Shown here: positions 50,655 to 59,648 of the stretch, piece by piece
Layout of the letters: each line of letters starts with the position of its first letter
Position numbering within the stretch: the first letter of the stretch is position 1
DNA from: Turneriella sp.
GTDB taxonomy: Bacteria; Spirochaetota; Leptospiria; Turneriellales; Turneriellaceae
Direction of reading: 5' to 3'
Length of the DNA: 64,000 nucleotides
Assembly: GCA_965279515.1 (NCBI GenBank)
Contig: CBDIID010000003.1
Location: 4,736,001-4,800,000 of the forward strand
Program-made: the position numbers and the translations under genes
Notes under the pieces: generated by a model
Databases searched by the model: none
What the model was told of the DNA's origin: nothing
Seen by the model: only the letters and a program-made list of their open reading frames with translations

Positions 50655-50714
50655 AGGCGTATGCTCTAACCAACTGCGACCCATACGGGTCTCCGTCTTC
50701 GGAGCTACAACCCC
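50655..50714 (-). pseudogene. Duplicated 5' half of tRNA-Asp interrupted by a 26-nt double-hairpin insert
   Basis: GGGGTTGTAGCT-[CCGAAGACGGAGACCCGTATGGGTCG]-CAGTTGGTTAGAGCATACGCCT; 33 of 34 nt match the tRNA 5' end. Confidence 0.85.
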
Positions 50715-50781
50715 ATTAAAAAATGGTGTGGCAAAATGTGGATTTGAGACAAGGTGTCTATGAAAAGTCGCAAGGAAAGTA

Positions 50782-50802
50782 CCCGGGCGAAAGCCGCCCG
50801 GG
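50782..50802 (-). terminator. Intrinsic terminator candidate
   Basis: CCCGGGCG-N5-CGCCCGGG followed on the minus strand by TACTTTCCTT. Confidence 0.45.
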
Positions 50803-50813
50803 AAGCGTTAGGA

Positions 50814-51290
50814 TTATTGGATGGGTTTGATGCCGGTCAAAATACGCACGAGAGCCTTGTGGTGCTTCTTCGCGCCTTCTTCAGAGATAATGCCGAATAC
50901 CATGAGAACCTTGCCCGTGGGTGTCTTGATCAGCATAACGCCGACTTCCACCGGATGGCCTTCGACGGTGCCCTTGCCGTCGACGCTATGCGCTTGCATG
51001 CCGTTTACGGTCAGGTCTTCCCCGGCGCCGTGCGTCAGGTTCTGCACCATTTTATTCAGCTCGCCGTCGAGTGCGCTCATTGCCGCTTCGACACTGTCAC
51101 CACCCATGACAATAAAGCTGAGGCTGGCGAGACCGTCCTTGGTTTCCGCGTGCAAAGAATGATCGTCCCCTGAAACTTTCCAGTTACCGGGAATGTCGAC
51201 CACTACGCCTGAATCCGCGTGCGGGTATTTTTTAGCCGAAAGGGTGCCGGCCGCGATAAGTACAACAGCTAGAATTAAAAGTTTTTTCAT
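50814..51290 (-). CDS. Exported hypothetical protein (PsbP/DcrB-like alpha-beta pattern)
   Basis: Signal peptide, DIPGNW, TVNGM; GGAGG RBS. Confidence 0.7.
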   Translation of the reverse strand: MKKLLILAVVLIAAGTLSAKKYPHADSGVVVDIPGNWKVSGDDHSLHAETKDGLASLSFIVMGGDSVEAAMSALDGELNKMVQNLTHGAGEDLTVNGMQAHSVDGKGTVEGHPVEVGVMLIKTPTGKVLMVFGIISEEGAKKHHKALVRILTGIKPIQ

Positions 51291-51457
51291 ATTTTCCTCC
51301 GAAATTTTTTTGGAGTTGGACTGTCTTCAGGCAAGCATGGTGCGTCAATAGGTATACCTTGCACGGCTGTTACAGCGCACGGGATGTTCATCCTATACGA
51401 CTGACGAAGCCACAGCGATAACTATTGACGTCGCGCATGGTTCCGGTTTGTAAAGCC

Positions 51458-52072
51458 ATGCCCGATGTGCTGCATGAATCCAAACTGTATTTCAATTCCC
51501 GCCTGGCCGATTGTATGCCATCGCCGCATCTGCACAGCGAGCAGATCAAGGTTTATAACCAATACATCGCCGTCTTAAACAATTCAACGAGCCCCGAAGA
51601 TTACCGGCAAAAACTCGGGCCGCTCGCGAGCATGTTTGCCGTCGCGCGCGCCGAGCAGGTGGATAAATATTTGAACCTGATGCGGCTCTACCAGAAGCTG
51701 GGAAATCCCGATAAGCTTAAGGCCGCGAAACTGCGTTATGACACCGCCGTCGCCGCACAGAACCATGGTGATCTCGTGAACCTCATGAGCACCGCGCAGA
51801 CGAGCGCTGCTGATATCGAAGCCGGCGGGCACCAGAAACTGAGCCTGGCTGTGACGCTGATCCAATGCCTGCTTGTATACATGACTGAACCCGAAGCGCC
51901 TGACAAAAAGGGCTCGCTCGCAGGAATTCTGACAACTTACACCGATCTTCTCAAGCTCGACCCGACTTTTAAATGGGAGTCGTATAAAGAAACGCCGTAT
52001 TCTTATATCGTATTTTTCGATGCGGAGCGCATGGCGCAGTTAGGCGAGGTCTTCATGGAGGCGACGGCATGA
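51458..52072 (+). CDS. Helical hypothetical protein
   Basis: Long ORF with typical codon usage; ATG 51458 lies downstream of a TTGACG box. Confidence 0.65.
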   Translation: MPDVLHESKLYFNSRLADCMPSPHLHSEQIKVYNQYIAVLNNSTSPEDYRQKLGPLASMFAVARAEQVDKYLNLMRLYQKLGNPDKLKAAKLRYDTAVAAQNHGDLVNLMSTAQTSAADIEAGGHQKLSLAVTLIQCLLVYMTEPEAPDKKGSLAGILTTYTDLLKLDPTFKWESYKETPYSYIVFFDAERMAQLGEVFMEATA

Positions 52073-52074
52073 GA

Positions 52075-52121
52075 GCACATCCTGTGCGCCGTCGCCCCGG
52101 TGCATCCTGCACCACGGGGCG
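52075..52121 (-). repeat. Two-hairpin GGA-loop element, third locus
   Basis: Minus strand: cgccccg-tg-gtgCAGGATGcac-cggggcg and gcaCAGGATGtgc. Confidence 0.65.
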
Positions 52122-52132
52122 TAAGGCCTAAC

Positions 52133-53176
52133 ATGGACGAAGGCAGCCGCGGCATGCTTGACAGCTACAAGTCGGGCATCGACAACTATGTAAAAAAACT
52201 CGGGGCGGATCACCCCAAGATCCAGGAGCTGTTGGCGTGCTTCAAGGACTTCGAAGCCCTGGGCGAAAAATCCGGCGATTTCGCGGGTTTCCACGCCGCC
52301 GCCAGCGCAGAGAATTTTTATGGCAAACTCACGAACCTGATGACCGAAGCGGCGATGGCGCAGCCTGCGGGCGGCGCTGCAGCCGAACCCACTGCCGCCC
52401 AGGCGGCGCAGGGGTACCATGCAGCCTACGCCGCTATTTTGCCCGAGGTCAAGGCCGGGCCGACCGGTAAGGTCTATGAGCGTATTTTTCAGATCGAGAA
52501 AGAGAGCGACAGCGCCTTACAGTTCATGCGCAGGCTCGCCGAGGAACATTTGCTCGTCGATATCTCGCGCATTCAGCTCATCGCCGAATTTAAGCGCGCC
52601 CATGAGCTCATGCGCGATGCTGCGAAAACTTCGGGCGGCGGTGGTGTTTCGCTGCCGGCGAGCGAAGCTTATTTCAACGCCACGCAAAAGTCGATGTCCG
52701 AGGCGAAGAGCATCACCCAGGTCGAATACCTCATGGTAGCGCGTGCCGAAATCGCCCAACTGGCGACGCTCTGGGATATGGGGTTTTGCAATGCGCTTTA
52801 CCATCACCTAGCTTCTGAAGTCTCCGGGTATATGCTCGATACTTCAGAAGAGCAGCGCCAACGTGTGGAGAAAACATACCGCTATGTCGGCGCGTGGTGG
52901 GGTGTTGATTGGGACGAGCTCCATAAAATCGAGCGCGTCTGGGATTTCTTCACCGTGACGCTGTGGCCGGCACTCAGAAAAGATTGGGAGCCCAAGGGTA
53001 TTCCCAACGCCGAAGCGATGCGCGATTACCTGAAGACCTATCTCGACAAGGCGATGAAGGATAAACCCCCGCTTCAGCGCAATAGCCAGAACAAGTTTGC
53101 GCTATTTTGGGGCAACAATGTGCCTCTCGAAAAGGTCCATCAAACCCTGCTGCATCCGCCGGATTTACTTCGGTGA
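52133..53176 (+). CDS. Helical hypothetical protein
   Basis: 347-aa ORF from ATG 52133 with typical codon usage. Confidence 0.7.
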   Translation: MDEGSRGMLDSYKSGIDNYVKKLGADHPKIQELLACFKDFEALGEKSGDFAGFHAAASAENFYGKLTNLMTEAAMAQPAGGAAAEPTAAQAAQGYHAAYAAILPEVKAGPTGKVYERIFQIEKESDSALQFMRRLAEEHLLVDISRIQLIAEFKRAHELMRDAAKTSGGGGVSLPASEAYFNATQKSMSEAKSITQVEYLMVARAEIAQLATLWDMGFCNALYHHLASEVSGYMLDTSEEQRQRVEKTYRYVGAWWGVDWDELHKIERVWDFFTVTLWPALRKDWEPKGIPNAEAMRDYLKTYLDKAMKDKPPLQRNSQNKFALFWGNNVPLEKVHQTLLHPPDLLR

Positions 53177-53214
53177 AGTCCTTGACGGGCGCAATCCAAG
53201 GTGGACTTTGCAGC

Positions 53215-53736
53215 ATGAAGTTACGCGACCTGATTATTCCCGTCGGCCTCATTTTGGCCGTAGCGGCGACCCGGCTGATTCCCCACCCACCGAATTTTAC
53301 CCCGGTGATGAGCGTCGCGCTTTTCGGTTCTGCGGTACTCGCGAACCGCTACCTCGGTATTGCCGTTGCCATCGCTGCGATGGCAATTTCAAATCTCATT
53401 TTGGGCGGGCATTCGACCTGGACCTTTGTCTATGGCGCTATGATCCTCACTGGCATTCTCGGTTTTACGCTGCGTGAAAAACGCTCTATCCCGCGTATTC
53501 TGGTCGTCACCCTCACAGGCAGCATCGTGTTTTTCCTGATTTCAAACCTGGGTGTTTTTATCATGCAAGACCTGTATCCGAAAACAGCTTCCGGCCTCGT
53601 TGCCTGTTATACCATGGCTTTGCCGTTTTTCAAGAATACGTTAGCGGGGGATTTCCTCTTTACCGGCGTCCTGTTTTCGCTGCACTACCTGCTCACGCGC
53701 CGCTCTGAACAGAACCGCCTCGCCAACGCGGCTTGA
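53215..53736 (+). CDS. DUF6580-like membrane protein (putative ECF-type vitamin transporter substrate component)
   Basis: RLIPHPPNFTP..VALF, FFLISNLGV, Y...GL..CY..ALPFF.NTL.GD. Confidence 0.75.
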   Translation: MKLRDLIIPVGLILAVAATRLIPHPPNFTPVMSVALFGSAVLANRYLGIAVAIAAMAISNLILGGHSTWTFVYGAMILTGILGFTLREKRSIPRILVVTLTGSIVFFLISNLGVFIMQDLYPKTASGLVACYTMALPFFKNTLAGDFLFTGVLFSLHYLLTRRSEQNRLANAA

Positions 53737-54773
53737 TCCCGGTCCGCCGAGCGCTCACTTTTATTTTAGCGCAGCAACGCGCTAAAACCGCGCTACCTAT
53801 TGCCATACGCAGCGAGAAAATTGCCGTCGGCAAGAAAACGCATAACGCCGATATCTACACACCTGCAAAGGCAGAACTCAATCCCATCATCTTTCTGCAC
53901 GGCATGTCGCCGCTGGGTATTGCCGACCCCCGGCAGGTGATTGCGGTACGCGCGCTCGCGGCCACAGGGTTTACCGTCATCTGTCCTGAACTGCCTGAGA
54001 TCCAGGACCTGAAAATTACCGCCACGAGTATCGACTCCTTCGCGAAGGTTGTGGCGGCCATTCTCGCCGATAAGAGACTTTGCCCGCAGGGCAGGGCGGC
54101 ATTGTTTGCCCCGTCGTTTTCCGGGGCGATCTGCCTCAAGGTTGCATCCCTGGCAAATATCAGCGAGCGTATTTCCTCGGTCTGCGCCCTGGGGTCGCTT
54201 GCCCATGTGCGTGACAGCATGGAATATCTCTTTCTTTCCGATGACGCCGATACCTATGCGCGATATATCGTGCTCTCCAACTATTTGCCGCTCGTCAAAA
54301 AATACCAGCCGCTTGCACCGGTCTTCGACGCCCTCGCGCGCGATAACTGGAACCAGAGCGCGGCGAGAAATCCCCGCCTCACGGGTTATACCCCGACAGA
54401 CAATGCGGCGAAAGCGCTCAAAAAGCTCACCCCAAAAAACCGCGCCCGCGCGCAGGCACTGAAAGACGATGTGGCCTACCGCAGGGAAGTCTTTGCGGAG
54501 CTCACACCCTACATGGAAACAGAACTTCAGGCCTATGATATCGTCGCGGTCGCAGAAAATATTCTCGCGCCGACCTTGCTCATGCATGGTTTATCTGACA
54601 ATGTCATTCCGGCCCAGGAGTCAATGGGCCTTGCGCCGCACCTCAAGCGCGTGCGCCTCGTCGTCTCGCCGTTTTTGGGCCATGCCGATACCGCTGTCTC
54701 ACTAAGACTGATCGGCGACGTCTGGCGGCTCATTTCAGGCTTCGCGTATTTCTTCAGGCACGCCGCACGTTGA
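53733..54773 (+). CDS. Alpha/beta hydrolase fold protein
   Basis: FLHG, APSFSG nucleophile elbow, HG..DNVIP, GH. Confidence 0.7.
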   Translation: MIPVRRALTFILAQQRAKTALPIAIRSEKIAVGKKTHNADIYTPAKAELNPIIFLHGMSPLGIADPRQVIAVRALAATGFTVICPELPEIQDLKITATSIDSFAKVVAAILADKRLCPQGRAALFAPSFSGAICLKVASLANISERISSVCALGSLAHVRDSMEYLFLSDDADTYARYIVLSNYLPLVKKYQPLAPVFDALARDNWNQSAARNPRLTGYTPTDNAAKALKKLTPKNRARAQALKDDVAYRREVFAELTPYMETELQAYDIVAVAENILAPTLLMHGLSDNVIPAQESMGLAPHLKRVRLVVSPFLGHADTAVSLRLIGDVWRLISGFAYFFRHAAR

Positions 54774-56191
54774 TCGCCTCCCTCGAACATGTCACGGTGG
54801 CGCGGGGTGGAAAGCCCGTGCTCAGCGATATCAGCTTTAGCCTGAATGCGGGCGACCGGGTTTTTATCGGCGGTGAAAACGGCGCGGGTAAAAGTTCACT
54901 CCTGCTGCTGCTTGCGGGCCGGCTGCACCCCTATAATAACGCCGGCACGCGGCGCTATGCGTGGGATGGCCTGCAGGGCGAAGATTTTCGCCAGAGCCGC
55001 AAACATATTGCCCTCGTGAGCCGCGAAGAGCAGAACCGTTTGCTGGGCATACACAGGCACAGCAGCGTGCGCGAATTTCTCACCGGCCACCTCGAAGGGC
55101 AGGATTTCCTCTACCGCGACAGCTTGCCCACCGATGACGAGCGCATGGGGCGCCTGATCGAAAAATTTGGTCTCACGCATCTCGCTGAGCGGCACCTTAA
55201 AACTCTGTCATTAGGCGAGATGCGGCTCTGCCTCATCGCCCGCGCCGACCTGTTCGCACGCAAACTTTATCTGTTAGACGAAGTGTTCAGCAGCCTTTCA
55301 GCCGCCGTCGCCGGGCGCGTGGCCGAGTGGATCACACGTCTGCCCCCCGAGGCTGCCGTTGTGCTTACGGGCCATGACGCGGATCGTATGGCTGATTTTT
55401 CATATACCGGGCGGTATATGGTTCGGGATGGGCAAATTTTCAGATCGGAAGCCGAAAAACCGGCATCAAAAAAGGCATCTTCCACTACCACTGTTGCATC
55501 CCACATAGTTAATGAAAGTGTGCTGATTGAATGTAAAGACGCCGATTTCTACCACGATTTTACCCGAATTTTTGCCAAACTGTCGTTTGGGTTACATACG
55601 GGTGACCGCGTGCTTCTCACCGGCCCCAACGGTTCGGGGAAGACAACGCTGCTGCGCATCATGCACGGGGACTTCTACCCGGCCTGGCAGCAGGGGTCGC
55701 TGACCTTTCTGGGCACACTGGCACACGAACAAAAGGCAGAGCTCTGGGCCAGGGCGCAGTTCATGGCCGCGGCACACTTTACCTATTATCCCGCAGGCAT
55801 GACAGTCAGGGAAGTGTTGGCATCGCGTTATTCGGGCTCGATCTATAGTTACGACGAAACATTGCCCGTCGAAGCGAATGGCGTGCTGGAAAGTTTTAAC
55901 CTCGCCGCTTTTCTCTCTCGTCGTTTTGCGGACCTTTCCGAAGGTGAAAAGACGCGCGTGCTGATTGCCCGGGCATTCCTGAAAGCAGCGCCGCTCTATC
56001 TCATCGATGAGGGGTTCATTGCGCTCAGCGAACGTTATTTTGCTGCGGCTGTTGGGTATCTGAACACGCTACGCGCAGAGGCGACGATTGTCATCGCCGC
56101 GAACGAACGGGTAGGCGAGTTAAAGCGGCAGCTCAGCTTTTCGCTGGCAGAGTGGCGGCTTGGGTCCGGTCGCTTAACCACGCATCTTTAG
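54770..56191 (+). CDS. Duplicated ABC ATPase (ModF-like)
   Basis: Two Walker A motifs (GENGAGKS, GPNGSGKT), LSLGE/LSEGE signatures, and LLDE/LIDE. Confidence 0.85.
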   Translation: MIASLEHVTVARGGKPVLSDISFSLNAGDRVFIGGENGAGKSSLLLLLAGRLHPYNNAGTRRYAWDGLQGEDFRQSRKHIALVSREEQNRLLGIHRHSSVREFLTGHLEGQDFLYRDSLPTDDERMGRLIEKFGLTHLAERHLKTLSLGEMRLCLIARADLFARKLYLLDEVFSSLSAAVAGRVAEWITRLPPEAAVVLTGHDADRMADFSYTGRYMVRDGQIFRSEAEKPASKKASSTTTVASHIVNESVLIECKDADFYHDFTRIFAKLSFGLHTGDRVLLTGPNGSGKTTLLRIMHGDFYPAWQQGSLTFLGTLAHEQKAELWARAQFMAAAHFTYYPAGMTVREVLASRYSGSIYSYDETLPVEANGVLESFNLAAFLSRRFADLSEGEKTRVLIARAFLKAAPLYLIDEGFIALSERYFAAAVGYLNTLRAEATIVIAANERVGELKRQLSFSLAEWRLGSGRLTTHL

Positions 56192-57818
56192 AGCGCTTCG
56201 AGTATACATAACGTTCGAGCTTGGCTTCTTTGATGCCGGCAATCTTCAGGAAAATAAAACCATCCAAACTGTCGTTGAAATCTTTGTCGATGCCGAAGTC
56301 AAAGAAGTTCACGCCGCCTTCATCGCAGAGCTCGGTGTATTGTTTGTAGAGCGTCGGTACTGCATAACCATAGTGTTTGAGGTTCTGTTTGAGTTCTTTA
56401 AAGGCCTGCTTGTAATCGGCACTCTGCAAAACATTGGCAATCTTCGCTTCGGCACCTTTATGGAAGCTGAAGCGGTGTTTGGCCCTGACCGGGGAATTTT
56501 CGGCGCCGAACCACTTACGGTAGAAGTACACCAGGAGCTCGCGCGCTTCGGCGGAATACGACGCGCTGACCGATACCGGCCCGAAGAGGTAGTTGTATTG
56601 CGGTCGCGCGGCAAGAAAAGCGCCAATGCCGTGCCAGAGATAGTCGAGCGCCTGGCTGTTCCAGTAGGCGGGCTGCACAAAACTGCGGCCGAGCTCGAGC
56701 GCCTCGGGCAGATATTTTTCAAATTCTTCTGTATAACGGAACAGCGTTGAGGTATAAAATCCAGAAGTGCCGCGTTTTGCATAAACCTCGTCACCTGCCG
56801 CGAGGCGGTAGGCGCCGACGACTTCCAGCGCCTTCGGGTCCCAGAGCACGATGTGCAGATAATAGGCGTCGAATTCATCGAGATCGATCTTGCGCCCGGT
56901 GCCTTCGCCGACTTTGCGGAATGTCAGTTCGCGCAGGCGACCGATTTCGCGCATGAGTGCGGGGGCCGCCTCAAAGCGCACGAGCAGGATTTTAATCTTA
57001 TCGTCGGTCTCGCCCAAAACCTCGGCGGCGTTGATGTCGTTGAGAATAAGCTTTTTGTCGGTCGGATGCACTATGTTCTTAGTCGTTTTAAACGTCCCAG
57101 CCTTACCACGGCCGATGAGATAAACGTGTTTTCTGAGGAGTTTCGCCGCCGCGCCCGATTTGATGCCTTTCAACGATTCGGGCAGAATCGGATGAGAAAT
57201 GCTGATGTTGATCGCGCGGTGGCGCTGGCTGATGAGCTCAGAGTCGAGAGCGATATCGCTGTAGAGGCCGGCGACGGCCGTCCAGAAATAGTGTGAGAGC
57301 CGGTTTTTTGCGGCGACAAAGATCGGCAGCAGGGGGACATCCCAATGTGTCGCCATCTGCACGACGGACTTATGCCATTCACCATCGGTGATCTGGCTAA
57401 TACCCCAGTGGCGGGTTTTAGCGGGGAATACGATGACGGCTTTTTCAGCCAAGAGCGCGCGGTGGATGTTGCGCACCACGCCAAAACTATTGTTGCGGTC
57501 GTTGCGGATCACTTGCGCGTCTGCCGGCAGATATTCGGTGAGGTTGTCGGCGACGATGACGACGTCTTTGCGGATTTCGGCGACGACGGTGTAGAGTACG
57601 ATGAGGTCGACGAAGGCGAGGGGATGGTTCGCCGCGATGATCAGTCGCCCCTGCGCGGGGATGCGCTCGCGGTCGCGCAGGCTCAAAACGATTTTTAGAT
57701 CGATTTCATCGCGGATTTGCTCAGCGATCGTTGCGAAATCGCTTTTCTCGCCTTTGATGCGGCTACTCCGGAGCTTTTGGAAGGCTTCCGAGTAGATGAG
57801 TTTTTGCAGTTTTATCAT
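56133..57818 (-). CDS. Bifunctional lysophospholipid acyltransferase + GNAT protein (OlsF-like ornithine/amino-lipid synthase)
   Basis: N-terminal ANHP...D and VFPA (LPLAT); C-terminal EIGRLRELTFR.VGEG, DLDEFD, GAYRL, ELGRSFV, LW.GIG, P.LYKQY, D..F...LDG. Confidence 0.85.
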   Translation of the reverse strand: MIKLQKLIYSEAFQKLRSSRIKGEKSDFATIAEQIRDEIDLKIVLSLRDRERIPAQGRLIIAANHPLAFVDLIVLYTVVAEIRKDVVIVADNLTEYLPADAQVIRNDRNNSFGVVRNIHRALLAEKAVIVFPAKTRHWGISQITDGEWHKSVVQMATHWDVPLLPIFVAAKNRLSHYFWTAVAGLYSDIALDSELISQRHRAINISISHPILPESLKGIKSGAAAKLLRKHVYLIGRGKAGTFKTTKNIVHPTDKKLILNDINAAEVLGETDDKIKILLVRFEAAPALMREIGRLRELTFRKVGEGTGRKIDLDEFDAYYLHIVLWDPKALEVVGAYRLAAGDEVYAKRGTSGFYTSTLFRYTEEFEKYLPEALELGRSFVQPAYWNSQALDYLWHGIGAFLAARPQYNYLFGPVSVSASYSAEARELLVYFYRKWFGAENSPVRAKHRFSFHKGAEAKIANVLQSADYKQAFKELKQNLKHYGYAVPTLYKQYTELCDEGGVNFFDFGIDKDFNDSLDGFIFLKIAGIKEAKLERYVYSKRSKDAWLSDRTQAATLPAKS

Positions 57819-57824
57819 AATTCT

Positions 57825-57848
57825 ATATTTAGTCAATTGACTAAATAT
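57825..57848. promoter_or_regulatory. Perfect 24-bp palindrome, candidate repressor operator
   Basis: ATATTTAGTCAATTGACTAAATAT, 6 nt upstream of the OlsF-like ATG. Confidence 0.7.
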
Positions 57849-57912
57849 GGTCAAGGGGTCAAGCTGAAATGGCGCCTTACACTGGGGATGCCGGCGTATT
57901 TCAAGGCGGGAG

Positions 57913-57942
57913 TGAGAAAATTGCCCAGTTTTCTGGTATTTC
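57913..57942 (+). promoter_or_regulatory. Conserved upstream motif, copy 3
   Basis: TGAGAAAA-ttgcccagt-TTTCTGGTATTTC, 16 nt before ATG 57959. Confidence 0.8.
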
Positions 57943-57958
57943 ATAGGTAGAGGCTTTT

Positions 57959-58519
57959 ATGAAAAACATCACTCCCCAACACTGTCACAAGACATCTGTT
58001 TCGTTGCCGCATATGTCCTACCGCAGGCTCAGCGCGGCGCGCAAAATTTTTGCCCGCAATGGCATCGTCTATTCCGATCAGGAAATCTACCGCCGTCTGT
58101 TTAAGCACTATCTCAAAAATTGGCGCGGGCGCGGCCGCAAAACCAACGGTTTGCGTCGCTACAACGCCGATGGCAAATTGTATGAGATTCACCCTCTCTA
58201 TATTAACCAGGTCTTATATGCCTTGCTGTGGCAACGCGCATTGCACTCCGGTGAATCCGTGTCGCGTATGTTAGATGTAGCGATTCGTGTATATCTGCCG
58301 CGCCTATTGGAAGAATTGTTGTGCCAATCATCGCCAGGCATGAAGCTCACCCGTAATGCGACCTATTGGGATCTACGATATGCGCGTCGGATTCATCAAT
58401 ACGCCGACTTCTTCATTAACTACCGATGCAAAACAGAGAAAAATGATGCAGCAGGACTCGAATATTCACAAAGTGCAAAAATTTTCTTCAAAGCAGATAT
58501 CTTGAGGGTAAGAATATAG
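57959..58519 (+). CDS. RHH-like hypothetical protein (DUF1564-like), dispersed family member 3
   Basis: Close paralog of 33809..34390 (KTSVSLP, KNWRGRGRKTNGLRRYNA, WQRALHSGES.SRMLDVAIRVYLP). Confidence 0.8.
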   Translation: MKNITPQHCHKTSVSLPHMSYRRLSAARKIFARNGIVYSDQEIYRRLFKHYLKNWRGRGRKTNGLRRYNADGKLYEIHPLYINQVLYALLWQRALHSGESVSRMLDVAIRVYLPRLLEELLCQSSPGMKLTRNATYWDLRYARRIHQYADFFINYRCKTEKNDAAGLEYSQSAKIFFKADILRVRI

Positions 58520-58522
58520 CAT

Positions 58523-59521
58523 TTATAAGCGAATAGACTTCAAGAATTCACGCCGCGGCGCGCGTTTGGCGTAAAGATGAACGAAATCCCACAGCAAGGC
58601 CCGGTGCGCCTTGAGATAGGCCTTGCGGCTTTCGCGCGGCGGGTTAAATATCGCCTCGCGGTTAAAAAGCCGGCGCGGGCTTTTGCGGATTTCTTGCCAG
58701 GTGCCGACCTCGAGCGTGAAGGGCAAAAACAGCGATTTTTTATTCTGCTGTGTGCGTTCGAATTCGATGAGCGCCGCGTCCCAGAGATCGCCGTGGGTTT
58801 GGTAACTCAGCGCCATGGGCTCGATGCGGTAGAGCCCATGATTCGAGCGAAGGCGTGCGGCTATTTTAAGAAAAGCCTGTTCCTGGAACACCGCCTTTTT
58901 GCTGTACGAGTATGGCCACCAGAAAAAATTCTCAGAACCATAACCCGAGTGGATGTCCAGGGCGAGGTGCACCTTTTTGCGCCGGCGGAGAAACTCCTGG
59001 TGCAGAAAACGGAAGAGCGCGCGTGTCTCGCGTTCCTTGGTATGCCCGCGGAAATAGGGCAGCGCGCCAGTGAGTTTGTGCCCGCCAAAAAAGGGGAGCG
59101 CCCTTTCAGCCTCGACGCCCGAATTGCGGTTGAGGTCAATCCCCCTTGCGTTGGAACGCGTGACGCCGGCTACACCCGCCGGGTTGAGAATCGGTATCGA
59201 GTAGATGCCGAATTTGCCTGCCAGCAGGTCAGGCGAATAATGGCGTCCCTTGACATCAATCAGCCGGCTTAAGATGTCGAGATGTATGCGGATGCCGATG
59301 GTTTCGAGGCCATGGACGCCCGAGACGATGAGCGGCGCGTGTTTTTTGAACGCCGACTTTTTGCCGATTTCGAGCAGGTAGACCGGCCAGCGCTGGCCGT
59401 TTTTGGAAGGCGATGAATAGTCCATCTGGCGGATACGAATGAGCCCGTCGGATTTTTTCACGAGGCGAAAAATGCGCCGTTGCCAGCGCTCGAAGCGCAG
59501 GATTTCATCCGTGGTTTTCAT
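58523..59521 (-). CDS. M14-family zinc carboxypeptidase-like protein
   Basis: HGLE, LNP.G, R.N.RGIDLNRN, DIHSG, TLEVG. Confidence 0.85.
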   Translation of the reverse strand: MKTTDEILRFERWQRRIFRLVKKSDGLIRIRQMDYSSPSKNGQRWPVYLLEIGKKSAFKKHAPLIVSGVHGLETIGIRIHLDILSRLIDVKGRHYSPDLLAGKFGIYSIPILNPAGVAGVTRSNARGIDLNRNSGVEAERALPFFGGHKLTGALPYFRGHTKERETRALFRFLHQEFLRRRKKVHLALDIHSGYGSENFFWWPYSYSKKAVFQEQAFLKIAARLRSNHGLYRIEPMALSYQTHGDLWDAALIEFERTQQNKKSLFLPFTLEVGTWQEIRKSPRRLFNREAIFNPPRESRKAYLKAHRALLWDFVHLYAKRAPRREFLKSIRL

Positions 59522-59648
59522 ACCCGACCGGAGAAAACGGTGGCGGTGACACTTCGTCAATTAACGAAATATTGTGGATGAGATGTCCCGGAGTCGATAA
59601 TATAGCAGGTGGGCAGGCTGTGTCGGTTTCTGTAAGCAGCAAGTAACG

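Noticed and set aside
50568..53176. Genomic island or prophage integrated at tRNA-Asp
   Set aside because: No integrase, no phage or plasmid genes, no distant att duplication, and flanking genes look native.
53177..53214. Cobalamin or other riboswitch upstream of the DUF6580-like transporter
   Set aside because: The spacer is only 38 nt and is occupied by a promoter-like sequence.
57819..57944. N-terminal extensions in the ORF track (also 16769-16879, 22899-23006, 31213-31584, 39467-39565, 43835-44038)
   Set aside because: They run through promoters, operators or neighbouring genes; downstream starts match the family N-termini better.
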